A DNA stretch of 63,542 bases, filler included, from a bacterium (GCA_024275095.1; 6 parts of 6 records of this genome joined end to end with filler, not necessarily neighbours in it), one strand, 5' to 3'; counted from the first letter of the whole stretch, positions 9,552 through 19,289 are shown. Made by a program: numbers and translations. The notes: a model not told the origin generated them from the sequence alone.

Positions 9552-10957
9552 TTCCGGGCCAGAATTAGCCAGTGGGCTCCCTTGTATCCTTTCTCTAAAG
9601 CTTTGCGCAGACGGGTGCTTGCAGTGTAAGCGTGTGGAGAAGCTTTCTTCAGGGAAGGTGCAAATACGGGATACGGAAGTGAGTGTAATTCTGCAAGTGC
9701 ATTCTTGATGTCTTCTTCTTTCAGATGTTCGGAAATGTAAAACAGTGGTCGCAGAAGTTCCGGGTTATTGTGAACATATCCGTATAATCCCTGTGTTTCA
9801 CCAGCTTTTAATCTTTCTGTTACAAGCAATGCGAGAGGAGTGCCTGGATATACTCTCAATCCCAGGGCAAATCCCACACATGTAGGGGATATTTTTTTAA
9901 GAAATTTAATGGTCTCTTTCAGGGTTGATACTGTCTCTCCTGGACCTCCCACTATCATGTCGAACATGAAAGGAATCCCGGTACGCTGGAACAAGCGTGC
10001 AGTGCGTTCAACATCATCCGTGGAAAACGGATGATTATAGGCATTCAGCATTTTCTCGGAACCGGAACTTACGGTGAAATTGATCCCTTCGCACCCGCTG
10101 TATTTCATGAGCCTGACCAGGTCCCAATCCAGCATCATGGGAAGCATATAGGCATACCAGCGCAGTTTATTTCCAATCCCCCTTCGCAATATCTCGTCCA
10201 GGACCCGGTGCAGGTGTTCCGGGTCAATGTTGAATTCGCTGTCACACATGTGAACATGTGCAATCCAGCGCCTGGTAAGGGATTCCAGCTCTTCTGCCAC
10301 TTCTTCAGGGGGCTTTTTTCGGTGAATGGTACCCTTGATGACAGGATCAACGCAGAATATACAACCGTACGGACAGCCTCTTGATGCCTCAGCGTTTCCC
10401 TGCCCGCCAAGCCGGTAATAAAGGCGAGACTGGTGAAAAATCCTCCCACCGGGTGGTCCGCGCATTTCTTCTTTTTGAGACAGGCTGAAAACCCTGTTGC
10501 CTTTACGGCAGAACACTCCCGGTAGCCCGGGATTTTCGCCTTTTGCCAGAAAAGCCGAAGCCCGGAGCATGAGATGTTCGCCATCCCCTACCACGCCATA
10601 GTCGGCGCGCGTGTAGCGAAGAAGTGCACCGGGAAATATGCTGTATCCACATCCACCGAGCACCACAGGTGTATCGATCGTTTTTTTGAGAATTTGCACC
10701 ACCTGCCTTGCCAAGGGTGCGTAGGATTGGCAGTGGGGCCATGTACAGTCGTCTGCATTGCGTATGGATACCCCGGTAAGATGGGGACGAAATATTGATA
10801 CCTTCCGCGCAAGCAGTTCTTTCCACGGATGGTTGACAGCAATGTCAAAAATGCGTACGTTCCAGCCAGCTTCTCTCAAAGTAAAAGCAATGTGCTCGAG
10901 ACCGAGAGGTTCTACCGGAGGAAATGGCCCGCCCACATGTACTAGTAAAATGCGCAT
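9548..10957 (-). CDS. Cobalamin-binding radical SAM protein (TsrM-like class B methyltransferase)
   Basis: N-terminal B12 domain (PLGLEHIA, GVSIRN, VVLGG), RGCPYGCIFC cluster motif, DSEFN, GGPGET, RVYPGT. Confidence 0.85.
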   Translation of the reverse strand: MRILLVHVGGPFPPVEPLGLEHIAFTLREAGWNVRIFDIAVNHPWKELLARKVSIFRPHLTGVSIRNADDCTWPHCQSYAPLARQVVQILKKTIDTPVVLGGCGYSIFPGALLRYTRADYGVVGDGEHLMLRASAFLAKGENPGLPGVFCRKGNRVFSLSQKEEMRGPPGGRIFHQSRLYYRLGGQGNAEASRGCPYGCIFCVDPVIKGTIHRKKPPEEVAEELESLTRRWIAHVHMCDSEFNIDPEHLHRVLDEILRRGIGNKLRWYAYMLPMMLDWDLVRLMKYSGCEGINFTVSSGSEKMLNAYNHPFSTDDVERTARLFQRTGIPFMFDMIVGGPGETVSTLKETIKFLKKISPTCVGFALGLRVYPGTPLALLVTERLKAGETQGLYGYVHNNPELLRPLFYISEHLKEEDIKNALAELHSLPYPVFAPSLKKASPHAYTASTRLRKALEKGYKGAHWLILARN

Positions 10958-11276
10958 TGTTCTAAAAATTATCTTATCATGACATCTTACATGAAAAAAG
11001 ATTTTAAAAAATCTAATTGTCGAAGAAGTTTGTTGATGATAAAAGAATTCAGGAGCCAGAATAATTCTTTTAGGCTCAATAATACCTCTGGGACCCTGGT
11101 GATAACAGTTAAGTGCTGTAATTTCTCACGTAGCGGTAAGCTGTTTTTTTGCCCTTAACGGAATAATTTTATGATGTCGGTGGGACATAAAGTGTGCCTT
11201 CTGATAGTATTTAAACTTCAATGAATTCTTTGGACAGGCTCAAACGCGACTTAAAGTGGCTGTTTTGAGGCTTTTT

Positions 11277-11772
11277 TGCGTTGGCCCGAGAAAAGTCGAA
11301 AGATTTTTGTGGAAAACATGAGATGGCCTACCTTCATGAGAATCTCTCATAGGTATATTGTTATGTCTAACACCTGGTCAAAGCCCAAATTTCTGACATC
11401 CTGAAAAGATTTATTCAAATAGACTTCTGCCGGAGGTCTAAGTTCCAACCATGGATAAACCGCTTCCTGTGGGGTCTTGATGAATTCTTTCTATCACTCC
11501 AATTTGCTCCGGTGATTTATACCCATCCTTATAAGCCTGATAAAGCTTTCAAAGAAAATCCCTGAATCGTTTTGCGATGAACGGGGAGGCGTTAGTTATT
11601 TCCAGAGAGAGTACCAACGCCTTCATTTAAACCTGTTTTTATTTTGTTCTTGATTTTGAGCTGATTAATTTCCTGCGGTGCTCTTCTATTTCTACCCTGA
11701 AAGATCCTGAACCTGTCTCTTCCCTGCGAAAAGTCTCACTTAATGTGTTTTTCGCTTCAGGGGGGCAATACA
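11277..11772 (-). mobile_element. Non-autonomous IS3-like element, copy 1 (diverged)
   Basis: Imperfect TG...CA terminal inverted repeats (TGTATTGCCCC / TGCGTTGGCCC); both ends are homologous to 57338-57826. Confidence 0.7.
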
Positions 11773-11824
11773 TCCCCCGGGCACACCTGATAAGCGTAAA
11801 ATACAGTGGCGCTCACTTGAGTTT

Positions 11825-13086
11825 TCACAACTCTCCTGCCAGCCACAGTGGTTTGAACGTTATTCGGGTATTTCCGCGTTTTGCCCTTCCTCCAGTGTCC
11901 TTTGTGAGAACAAAGGCTTTTGAAGGTGAATACCTCTGAATAAAACTGCTCATGCCTCTGGGAACGTTTAAATGAGCAATCTCTGAAAATTTCACCTCCA
12001 CAGGAACGCTCCTGTTCAGCACGAAGTCGACCTCTCCCCCTGTCTTTAACCTCCAGTAGCCAATTTCCGTTCCATAGGGCTGAGACTTCAACAGTTCCAG
12101 AAGGACAAAGTTCTCAACAAGTGCCCCTGTATCTTCCCTGAACCTGAGCGGTGAAAAATTCTGAACCGCCCAATTCCTGAAGCCCGGATCTATGAAATAC
12201 ATTTTTTAGAGTTTTTTGTAACCTCTTTGCGTGGATTTTTTTGAAAAAGCTTTTAGAACGTAGATTATGTAAGTGAGTTCAAGAACCTTAAGATACCTGC
12301 GCACAGTGTCTCTGGTAATTCTGAGATCTGAAGAAAGAGAGAGAACGTTGAGGGAAGAACCTGTCCGTCCGCCAAGTAGTTTCAACGTATCACTGAATTT
12401 CTCAGGTTCCTTAAGTTTAAAAACTTAAGTTTAAAAAGCGGGAATATATCCCTGTAGAGGTAGGATGTGAAAATCTCTCCCAAGAGCCTTTTTTTAACAT
12501 CCCGATTATTCTCCAGAACAACTGCTGGATATCCTCCATAGGTCAGATATTCTTCAAGATAAGCACTGATGGATTTATATGAAATTTTCTTCAGGTGGGC
12601 CAGGAGGTCATTTTTCCCCTTAAACAGCAGAAGTTCTTTGAAGGAAAGCGGTAAGAGCACAAACTCTATTTTCCTTCCAACCATGGCTTCTCTAAACCTT
12701 TTCTTCATCTCAAGGCTTGAAGAACCTGAAACAATGAGTTTGATTTTCCCCTTCAGGTGGTCAACTGTGAGTTTTATAAATCTGTCCGGGAAGGGGTGAT
12801 ACTGTATTTCATCAACAAAGAGGTAACTGCCCGAAGGCAGTGAAGATGGAAAAGAAAGGTCTTTCAGGAGTTCAAGATCCTCAGGAAATTCAAGGTCATA
12901 AAAGAACACCCTTCCTTTTCTCTTTTTGATTATCTCCTGTGCGAGAAGGAAAAGAAGAGAAGTTTTGCCTGCCTGTCTCGGTCCTGTAATAACAACTGCC
13001 TCAGGTCTTTTGAGAAAAGGCTTTACTGCCCCCAGCAGGTCACGTGGCAGCAATTTCCTCTGGGTAATCTCCTCTACAAGTATCAT
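11825..13086 (-). pseudogene. AAA_14 + DUF4143 ATP-binding protein, frameshifted
   Basis: GPRQAGKT, FVDEIQ, SGSSS, GGYP, YFIDPG, ENFV, EVDFV, PVEVK. Broken by a 14-bp tandem duplication (CTTAAGTTTAAAAA x2, 12410-12437) and extra bases in T-runs at about 12200-12242. Confidence 0.88.
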
Positions 13087-13093
13087 ATGCTGG

Positions 13094-13113
13094 TTGTACA
13101 GTGTGGTGTACAA
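13094..13113. promoter_or_regulatory. Palindromic operator-like site TTGTACA-N6-TGTACAA
   Basis: Perfect 7-6-7 inverted repeat 8 nt upstream of the ATPase start. Confidence 0.45.
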
Positions 13114-13191
13114 AAAGTAAAAAAGTTTCAAGAGTGTCTCCAGCAAATTCTTTGTTGGCTCCTCGCGTAATCCTTTCCCATAACCTTGTAG

Positions 13192-13416
13192 ATGGGGGTA
13201 ATGTTCATGGGACTGGCAGGAACTGTGATGGTGATGGGGGGAAGTTTCTCCTTCAGGTGTCTGCCATCATGTATGGGGGCGTGTTATTGCTTGTTACCGC
13301 ATCGGTATGGAATGCTTTACCCCCTCAGAAAAGGTAATGGTGAAGAGGGGATATGCACGATATGCGAATGTGAGAAAAAAGCAATTAAAACAGATACAGG
13401 GTTAAGGAGGTGGTAA
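13192..13416 (+). pseudogene. MerC-like mercury transporter C-terminal remnant
   Basis: Stitched across frames it reads MGLAGTVMVMGGKFLLQVSAIMYGGVLLLVTASVWNALP...CTICEC; frameshifts occur at G and C runs. Confidence 0.5.
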
Positions 13417-13417
13417 C

Positions 13418-13685
13418 ATGAAAGCAAAGCGAACAATTGAAGTCTTCTCAGCAGGATGTTCATTCTGTGAGGAAACTGTTGGCAAACAGTCTCGCATGTC
13501 CTTCGTGTGAGGTGAAGGTAATTGATGTGAGGCAACCGAAAGAATTTAAACGTGCAAGGGAGAGGTGAGTTTCCTCTGTTCCAGCAGCGGCAGTTAATGG
13601 AAACCTCGCTGACTGCTGTACCGGGCGCGGACCCGATGAAAAAGTGCTTCGTTCAGCAGGACCGGGACAACCCCGAACTTTTTGA
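13418..13685 (+). pseudogene. Small thioredoxin/glutaredoxin-like protein (heavy-metal-locus type), frameshifted
   Basis: SD AAGGAGG; segments MKAKRTIEVFSAGCSFCEETV / LACPSCEVKVIDV / SVPAAAVNGNLADCCTGRGPDEKVLRSAG lie in different frames. Confidence 0.65.
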
Positions 13686-13697
13686 CTTTTCTTTCAG

Positions 13698-13734
13698 TGT
13701 TGCTGCAAAATTTCCTTGTAAATTTGCAGTAACA
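13698..13734. promoter_or_regulatory. Inverted repeat upstream of the second AAA ATPase
   Basis: TGTTGCTGCAAAATTT-N6-AAATTTGCAGTAACA. Confidence 0.4.
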
Positions 13735-13751
13735 TTGCATAAAATAAACGT

Positions 13752-15029
13752 GTGAAGTTTGTACACCGGTCAGTAACAAACAGGATAGTTGAGGGGCTGA
13801 AAAAATACCCTGTTGTAGGTATTACAGGAGCCCGCCAGACCGGAAAGACAACTCTTTGTCAGTTCCTGCTACCTGAGTACTTGAAAAAGGAAGTCTCTTA
13901 CTTCACCTTTGATGACCCTGACGAGAGACTGAGATTCTCCCGTTCCGCTGTCACCATACTTGAGGATATAAAAGAGCCTGTTGTCATATTAGACGAAATC
14001 CAAAAAAATCCTGATGTGTTTGATCCTCTGAAATACATTGTTGACAGAGAGAGGCAAAAGCCAGCGTTGAAAAGAAAGAAGTTCATTATTACTGGTTCAT
14101 CTCACCTGATGCTCCTCAGGGGAATAAAAGAAACTCTTGCAGGAAGGATAATCCTTATAAACCTTTACCCTTTCTCGTTTTCTGAAACAGCATCAAGCTT
14201 GGAGTCTGCGCACTTCCTGACAGAACTGTTAAAAAAGAAAAAAATCAACAAACGGGAGACCCAAAAAATAGACCTTCTATCATCAGAAGAAAAGAGAAAT
14301 TTGACAAAACTCAGAGATAACCATCTGATGTGGGGAGGGTTTCCTCCTGTATGGAACGTAAAGAAAATAGAGGACAGAATTGAGTGGCTCAAAAACTATA
14401 GAAAAACGTACCTTGAAAGGGACATTTATGATGCAGGTGGAGTGGCTGATATTGGAAATTTTCTGCTTGCTCAAAAAATCCTGTGCCTCAGAACCGGAAG
14501 TATTCTTTCATATTCAGAGGTGGCAAAAGAGGTTCAGGTTGCAGTAAACACCATCAAAAGATACGTTTACATCCTGAATGTCACCTTTAACTGTTTTCTG
14601 CTTCAACCTTTTTATAAACATGCAGGGAAACGGCTTGTTAAAAGCCCAAAAATATATTTTACAGATACCGGGCTATGTAGAAGTGTCGCTGGTGAAGAGG
14701 GCATCAGCAAAGGAAAAATTTACGAAACATGGGTGTTTACAGAACTTTTAAAGTGGAAGGAACTTCAAACCCCGGAACCCGAAATTTATTATTACAGGAC
14801 GGCCTCTGGTGTGGAGGTTGATTTTATAATCAGACACAATAAATTTTTGCTCCCTGTTGAGGCAAAAGCGGGTAGGGTGGTTGATCATAGAGACGCCAAG
14901 CACATTGAAAAATTCATGAACGATTATCGCCCAAATGCTCCTGTGGGCTTGATTATCTATTCAGGCAGCGAAATAGTTGAGGTAAGGAAAAATATCTACG
15001 CAGTCCCTGACTGGTATGTATTTTTATAA
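13752..15029 (+). CDS. AAA_14 + DUF4143 ATP-binding protein
   Basis: GARQTGKTT, ILDEIQ, ITGSS, LAGR, WGGFP, KSPKIYFTDTG, YETWV, EVDFI, PVEAK. Confidence 0.92.
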   Translation: MKFVHRSVTNRIVEGLKKYPVVGITGARQTGKTTLCQFLLPEYLKKEVSYFTFDDPDERLRFSRSAVTILEDIKEPVVILDEIQKNPDVFDPLKYIVDRERQKPALKRKKFIITGSSHLMLLRGIKETLAGRIILINLYPFSFSETASSLESAHFLTELLKKKKINKRETQKIDLLSSEEKRNLTKLRDNHLMWGGFPPVWNVKKIEDRIEWLKNYRKTYLERDIYDAGGVADIGNFLLAQKILCLRTGSILSYSEVAKEVQVAVNTIKRYVYILNVTFNCFLLQPFYKHAGKRLVKSPKIYFTDTGLCRSVAGEEGISKGKIYETWVFTELLKWKELQTPEPEIYYYRTASGVEVDFIIRHNKFLLPVEAKAGRVVDHRDAKHIEKFMNDYRPNAPVGLIIYSGSEIVEVRKNIYAVPDWYVFL

Positions 15030-15157
15030 TCCAGGATGTTAAAAAGCTTTATTCGTGTTAGGTGTTTTCTCAGGTTTCATCAGCATTTGCATAATGAGAA
15101 GGGATCTTTAAGACATCCATAATCTGCAGGGCAAGGGTATTTTTTCCCGGGTCTGGC

Positions 15158-15257
15158 NNNNNNNNNNNNNNNNNNNNNNNNNNNNNNNNNNNNNNNNNNN
15201 NTTAATTAATTAANNNNNNNNNNNNNNNNNNNNNNNNNNNNNNNNNNNNNNNNNNNN
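15158..15257. other. Artificial contig linker
   Basis: N44-TTAATTAATTAA-N44. Confidence 0.98.
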
Positions 15258-15259
15258 AA

Positions 15260-15676
15260 TTTTATTTTGGGAGAGTCTCAGATACAGTGAACCCTGAAAT
15301 TTCGTGTTCTGCTACCAGCCCCTCGCCCAATCCCTTTTCTCCAGATGGCGATCTCGTTGATGACGACACCGCTTTTGTATCTTCCGTATCTGACACCGGC
15401 GGCTCCAGGCTCTGGCTGTACCAGATTTTCCTCAGAAATGTTTACGGAGATATAGTGAGGGTTCTTGACAAGCCGACTCCCGTCACCACCGGCACGATTT
15501 TCGCGGGTGAGGTGACTCAGGTCTGGACCGGCAGAAATGAGTGGGGTAAGGTTCAGCCCAACGGCCCGTACTTCTGGTCGGCAAGGGTTTTTGACAGAGC
15601 CGGCAATGTCTCTGATATGTGCACCATCACTCCATCGTTTCTTGAGAGCGTGATTGATACGAAGAACTTTAAATAA
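15260..15676 (+). CDS. C-terminal fragment of a secreted protein with a FlgD-Ig-like domain (5' truncated by gap)
   Basis: SPNPFSPDGD...IVRVL...VWTGRNEWGKVQPNGPY...DRAGN; frame is open from the contig start. Confidence 0.7.
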   Translation, partial: FYFGRVSDTVNPEISCSATSPSPNPFSPDGDLVDDDTAFVSSVSDTGGSRLWLYQIFLRNVYGDIVRVLDKPTPVTTGTIFAGEVTQVWTGRNEWGKVQPNGPYFWSARVFDRAGNVSDMCTITPSFLESVIDTKNFK

Positions 15677-15756
15677 AGAGTTAAGGTTAAAAAGGTTATG
15701 AGGGCATGGTATGGTGAAAACAAAAAAGTATATGTAAAAACAAGGAGTTCGAAAGC

Positions 15757-17466
15757 ATGAAGATTATCCACAAAATATTGCTGGCAGTTCTTGTGGTATC
15801 CGTGGTACCTTTGACCATTTCGGGATTCTGGTCTTTAAAAATTGCTGACCAGGAGATACTTTCACGGACGAAGGAGATACATCTTAAAAGTGCCCGCAAT
15901 CTTTCCATCCAGATTAACAAGTATGTTTCAGATATCGTCACATCAATAAAAAACGGGGCGACGTACCTCAAGCTTTTTCAAATACCAAAAAGCGCACGCG
16001 AGAAGGCTTTAAAGTCATTACTGGTTCAAATGAAACCTGTTAAAGCCATCGAAATCTTCGACAGAGGGAAGCTTATCGCTCGTGCGTTTGATCCAGAAAT
16101 ATCAAAGAAAGAGGTCTATAAAAATTTTGTAAAATTGAGGAGACGCATCTCGCAGAATAAAAGAGAATGGTTTTCAGTACCGGATAAAAATTCTTCCTCA
16201 TACGTGTATGGAATTATCGTCCTTGGCAAAAATAAACATGCCTCTGTAATTCTGGATATTTCCGCCATAAAGAAACTCCTTGCAAATTATCGTGTGGGTA
16301 AAGAGGGTGGGGCATTCTTATACCCGTCTCCGGATAAAGAATTACCGGTGTCTGTGAGCATTGATAAAGATAGGGATTACGGTTTTTTCCAGGACAGGTT
16401 ATATATTGGTTCATACCAGAAGATCCCTGTGACAGGATGGTTTGTCGGCGTATTTCAGCCTTTAGAAGAGGTTTCACGTGCGGGATGGCTTATTACGTAT
16501 CAGATCCTTTTCTGGATAGGGGTAAGTCTTCTTGTGGCAATCGTACTGGCAGTATTCATATCACGCGGCATTTCGAGGCCCATTGTGAAGTGTTCAGAAG
16601 GTGCTCTTGAAATCGCGAAAGGTAATCTTGACACAAAAATTCCTGTGTTTTCGAGGGATGAAATAGGGGTACTCGCAGAATCGTTTAATTACATGGCTCA
16701 GGAGCTGAAAAAATCCTACGCAGTGATCGAAAAACAAAACGAGGAACTGAGAAGATGGAATGAAGAACTTCAATTGAGAGTGGAGGAAAGAACCAGGGAA
16801 CTGAGAGAGGCTCACGAACAGCTCGTGAGGACACAGAAGATGGCGGCGGTGGGTACACTCGGTGCGGGTGTTGCCCATGAGCTGAACAATCCCCTCATGG
16901 GTATCGTGGGATTTGTGCAACTGTTACTGATGAAAAAGAAAGAAGACGACCCGGATTACCGCTCTCTTAAAAAAATTGAAGCTCAGGCACAGCGGTGCAC
17001 CCGGATCATACAGAGTCTCCTTACCTTTACGGAGAAGGAAACAGGTACCATTGAATTTCGTCCAGTCAATCTCAATGAGGTGGTGGATGCCTGTTTGGCA
17101 CTTGTTGAAAACCAGCTTCAAAGCTCCCGCATTGAGGTAAAAAAGCAACTGCAACCGGATATGCCTGAAATATTCGGAGACTTTGCGCGCCTTCAAGAGG
17201 CGTTTGTAAACATCATATCTAATGCGAAAAATGCCATGCCTTCTGGCGGCACCTTGGAGATAAAAACTTACTTTACCAATGGAAAGGCATGTGTTTCTTT
17301 CAGAGACACGGGTAAAGGAATCGCTCCTGAAATATTGCCCCGCATTTTCGAGCCGTTTTTCACCACAAAAGAGAACTGGGAAGGAGTCGGCCTGGGACTG
17401 GCCATAACCCACCGAATTGTGGAAGATCACAAAGGCCGCATAGCCGTGGCAAGCAAGGTGGGAGAG
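15757..17466 (+). CDS. Membrane sensor histidine kinase (Cache-HAMP-HisKA-HATPase), 3' truncated
   Basis: Two TMs, DEIGVLAESFNYM, AHELNNPL, FRDTGKGI, FEPFFTTK, GVGLGL. Confidence 0.93.
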
Positions 17467-17566
17467 NNNNNNNNNNNNNNNNNNNNNNNNNNNNNNNNNN
17501 NNNNNNNNNNTTAATTAATTAANNNNNNNNNNNNNNNNNNNNNNNNNNNNNNNNNNNNNNNNNNNN
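17467..17566. other. Artificial contig linker
   Basis: N-run with TTAATTAATTAA. Confidence 0.98.
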
Positions 17567-17796
17567 CTTTGAGAATATGGCGGAAGGGGTTTGTGTTGCA
17601 GGGCACGCTCAACGTGTTACCCTGGACGTCCCATCCACTTTCGGACAGGACAGCGCTTCAGAACGTATTTATAAAATCAATTTCTATTTCTGAAATCTGT
17701 ATGAACAACACATCTGTTCTGCAGGTGTCACGTATGCTTGAGCAGTATTTAAACACAAAAAAGTTTTCATTTTTGAAGTATACTTGACAAAAAAAA

Positions 17797-17825
17797 TTGA
17801 CCTGAATTAACTTTTCGGTCATAAT
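17797..17825 (+). promoter_or_regulatory. Putative sigma70 promoter of speD-speE
   Basis: TTGACC-N17-CATAAT. Confidence 0.55.
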
Positions 17826-17860
17826 TACATCCTCAATCATGAAGAAGGGAGAGTATAGCT

Positions 17861-17893
17861 ATGATTTTGATGGACTTTAAGTGTGGTTGTTGA
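17861..17893 (+). CDS. Putative leader peptide MILMDFKCGC
   Basis: SD-like GGGAGAG 7 nt upstream; lies between the promoter and the terminator-like hairpin. Confidence 0.4.
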   Translation: MILMDFKCGC

Positions 17894-17904
17894 TGTTTCT
17901 TTTG

Positions 17905-17941
17905 AATAAAAAACCCCCAATATTGGGGGTTTTTTATTTTT
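17905..17941 (+). terminator. Terminator/attenuator-like hairpin in the speD leader
   Basis: Perfect 34-nt palindrome AATAAAAAACCCCCAAT|ATTGGGGGTTTTTTATT with a U-tract. Confidence 0.7.
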
Positions 17942-17968
17942 ACAAAAACTCAAGGGGGGGTGATAGAA

Positions 17969-18406
17969 ATGACGGCACTCGGAAGGCACTTGATACTTGA
18001 ATTGAGGGATTGCAACCCAGAACGTCTTAACGACCTCCCCTTTATCGAACGGGTGATGCTTGAAGCTGCACGGCGGGCCAATGCCACTATTCTTTCTCAC
18101 CAGTTTCGTCGTTTTGAACCCCAGGGAGTCAGCGGCATTGTTATCATTGCGGAAAGTCATCTTGCCATACATACATGGCCGGAATATGGATACGCAGCAG
18201 TGGATGTATATACCTGTGGTGAAACCCTGAGACCGGAAGTGGCTGCTGCTCACCTTGTGAAAGCACTGGAATGCAGCAGGCCTTATGTTATATCCATCAA
18301 GCGAGGATTGCTTGAGGATAATACGGTAGCAAGACCCCAGGAAATCATAAGGCTGGACGAGCAAGGGCTGGGCGGTGAAAAAGGTGTGGCACAAACTGTT
18401 CTTTGA
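17969..18406 (+). CDS. speD: S-adenosylmethionine decarboxylase proenzyme
   Basis: LGRHLILEL, FEPQGVSGIVIIAESHLAIHTWPEYGYAAVDVYTCG (E|SH self-cleavage site). Confidence 0.93.
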   Translation: MTALGRHLILELRDCNPERLNDLPFIERVMLEAARRANATILSHQFRRFEPQGVSGIVIIAESHLAIHTWPEYGYAAVDVYTCGETLRPEVAAAHLVKALECSRPYVISIKRGLLEDNTVARPQEIIRLDEQGLGGEKGVAQTVL

Positions 18407-19289
18407 CTCCGTAGCCACGGGCTTCGGTTATTTCTATTCAATCAATAAAGAAGTGGCATCTGTACAAACACCTTTCCAGCATGCGGAAATTTTTGAACTG
18501 GAATTCTTTGGACGTTCGTTGGTGCTTGATGGAAAGATCCAATCTACGGAGAAGGACGAGTTCATTTATCATGAAGCCCTGGTACATCCTGCTATGCTTT
18601 CGCACCCTTTTCCTCAAACAGTGCTCGTTATAGGAGGGGGAGAAGGTGCTACTCTTCGTGAGGTTCTGCGGCACGAAAGCGTTAAACAGGTGGTAATGGT
18701 GGACATTGACGAGCAGGTGGTGAACCTGTGCCGCGAACATCTGGGAATTATGCATCAGGGGAGTTTTGACGACTCGAGGGTGCAACTGGTTTTCGACGAT
18801 GCACGGAAATTTCTCGAGAGAAGCAGAGACAACGAATATGACGTAATTATTATGGATTCTACAGATCCTCTGGAGGAGGGGCCGGCTTATCTCCTTTTTA
18901 CAGTCGAATTTTACAGTATCGTTGCACGTAAACTCAGCGATCAAGGCGTTATGGTAGTACAGTCTAATTCGGCAGCAGTGGTTGAGACCGACTGTTTTAC
19001 TGCACTTAATAGAACCCTTCGGGAGGTTTTCCCCCACGTGGTTGCTTATTCGGCTTTTATTCCCGCTTTTGGGTTGGACTGGGGATTCAATATGGCCTCT
19101 CGTTATCCTCTTATAAACGAACTGGAATCCACAGAGGTGATGAATCGGATGAAACGCATTAAAGGGGATTTGAGATACCTTGATGAAGTGACGTTCAACC
19201 GCATGTTTGCTTTGCCCAAAGATACACGGGAATTACTGGCCCGTGAGGATCGCATTATTCGGGACAGCCAGCCGCTTTACGTTCGATAA
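18375..19289 (+). CDS. speE: Polyamine aminopropyltransferase (spermidine synthase)
   Basis: LDGKIQSTEKDEFIYHEALVHP, IGGGEGATLRE, DVIIMDSTDP. Confidence 0.95.
   Translation: MKKVWHKLFFDSVATGFGYFYSINKEVASVQTPFQHAEIFELEFFGRSLVLDGKIQSTEKDEFIYHEALVHPAMLSHPFPQTVLVIGGGEGATLREVLRHESVKQVVMVDIDEQVVNLCREHLGIMHQGSFDDSRVQLVFDDARKFLERSRDNEYDVIIMDSTDPLEEGPAYLLFTVEFYSIVARKLSDQGVMVVQSNSAAVVETDCFTALNRTLREVFPHVVAYSAFIPAFGLDWGFNMASRYPLINELESTEVMNRMKRIKGDLRYLDEVTFNRMFALPKDTRELLAREDRIIRDSQPLYVR

Noticed and set aside
15158-15257. Repeated TTAATTAATTAA within N-runs (five times) as a biological repeat
   Set aside because: Identical 100-nt spacers with stops in all frames are an assembly concatenation linker.
15757-19289. 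Histidine kinase regulating speDE or the cytochrome operon
   Set aside because: A contig linker separates them, so adjacency is uninformative.
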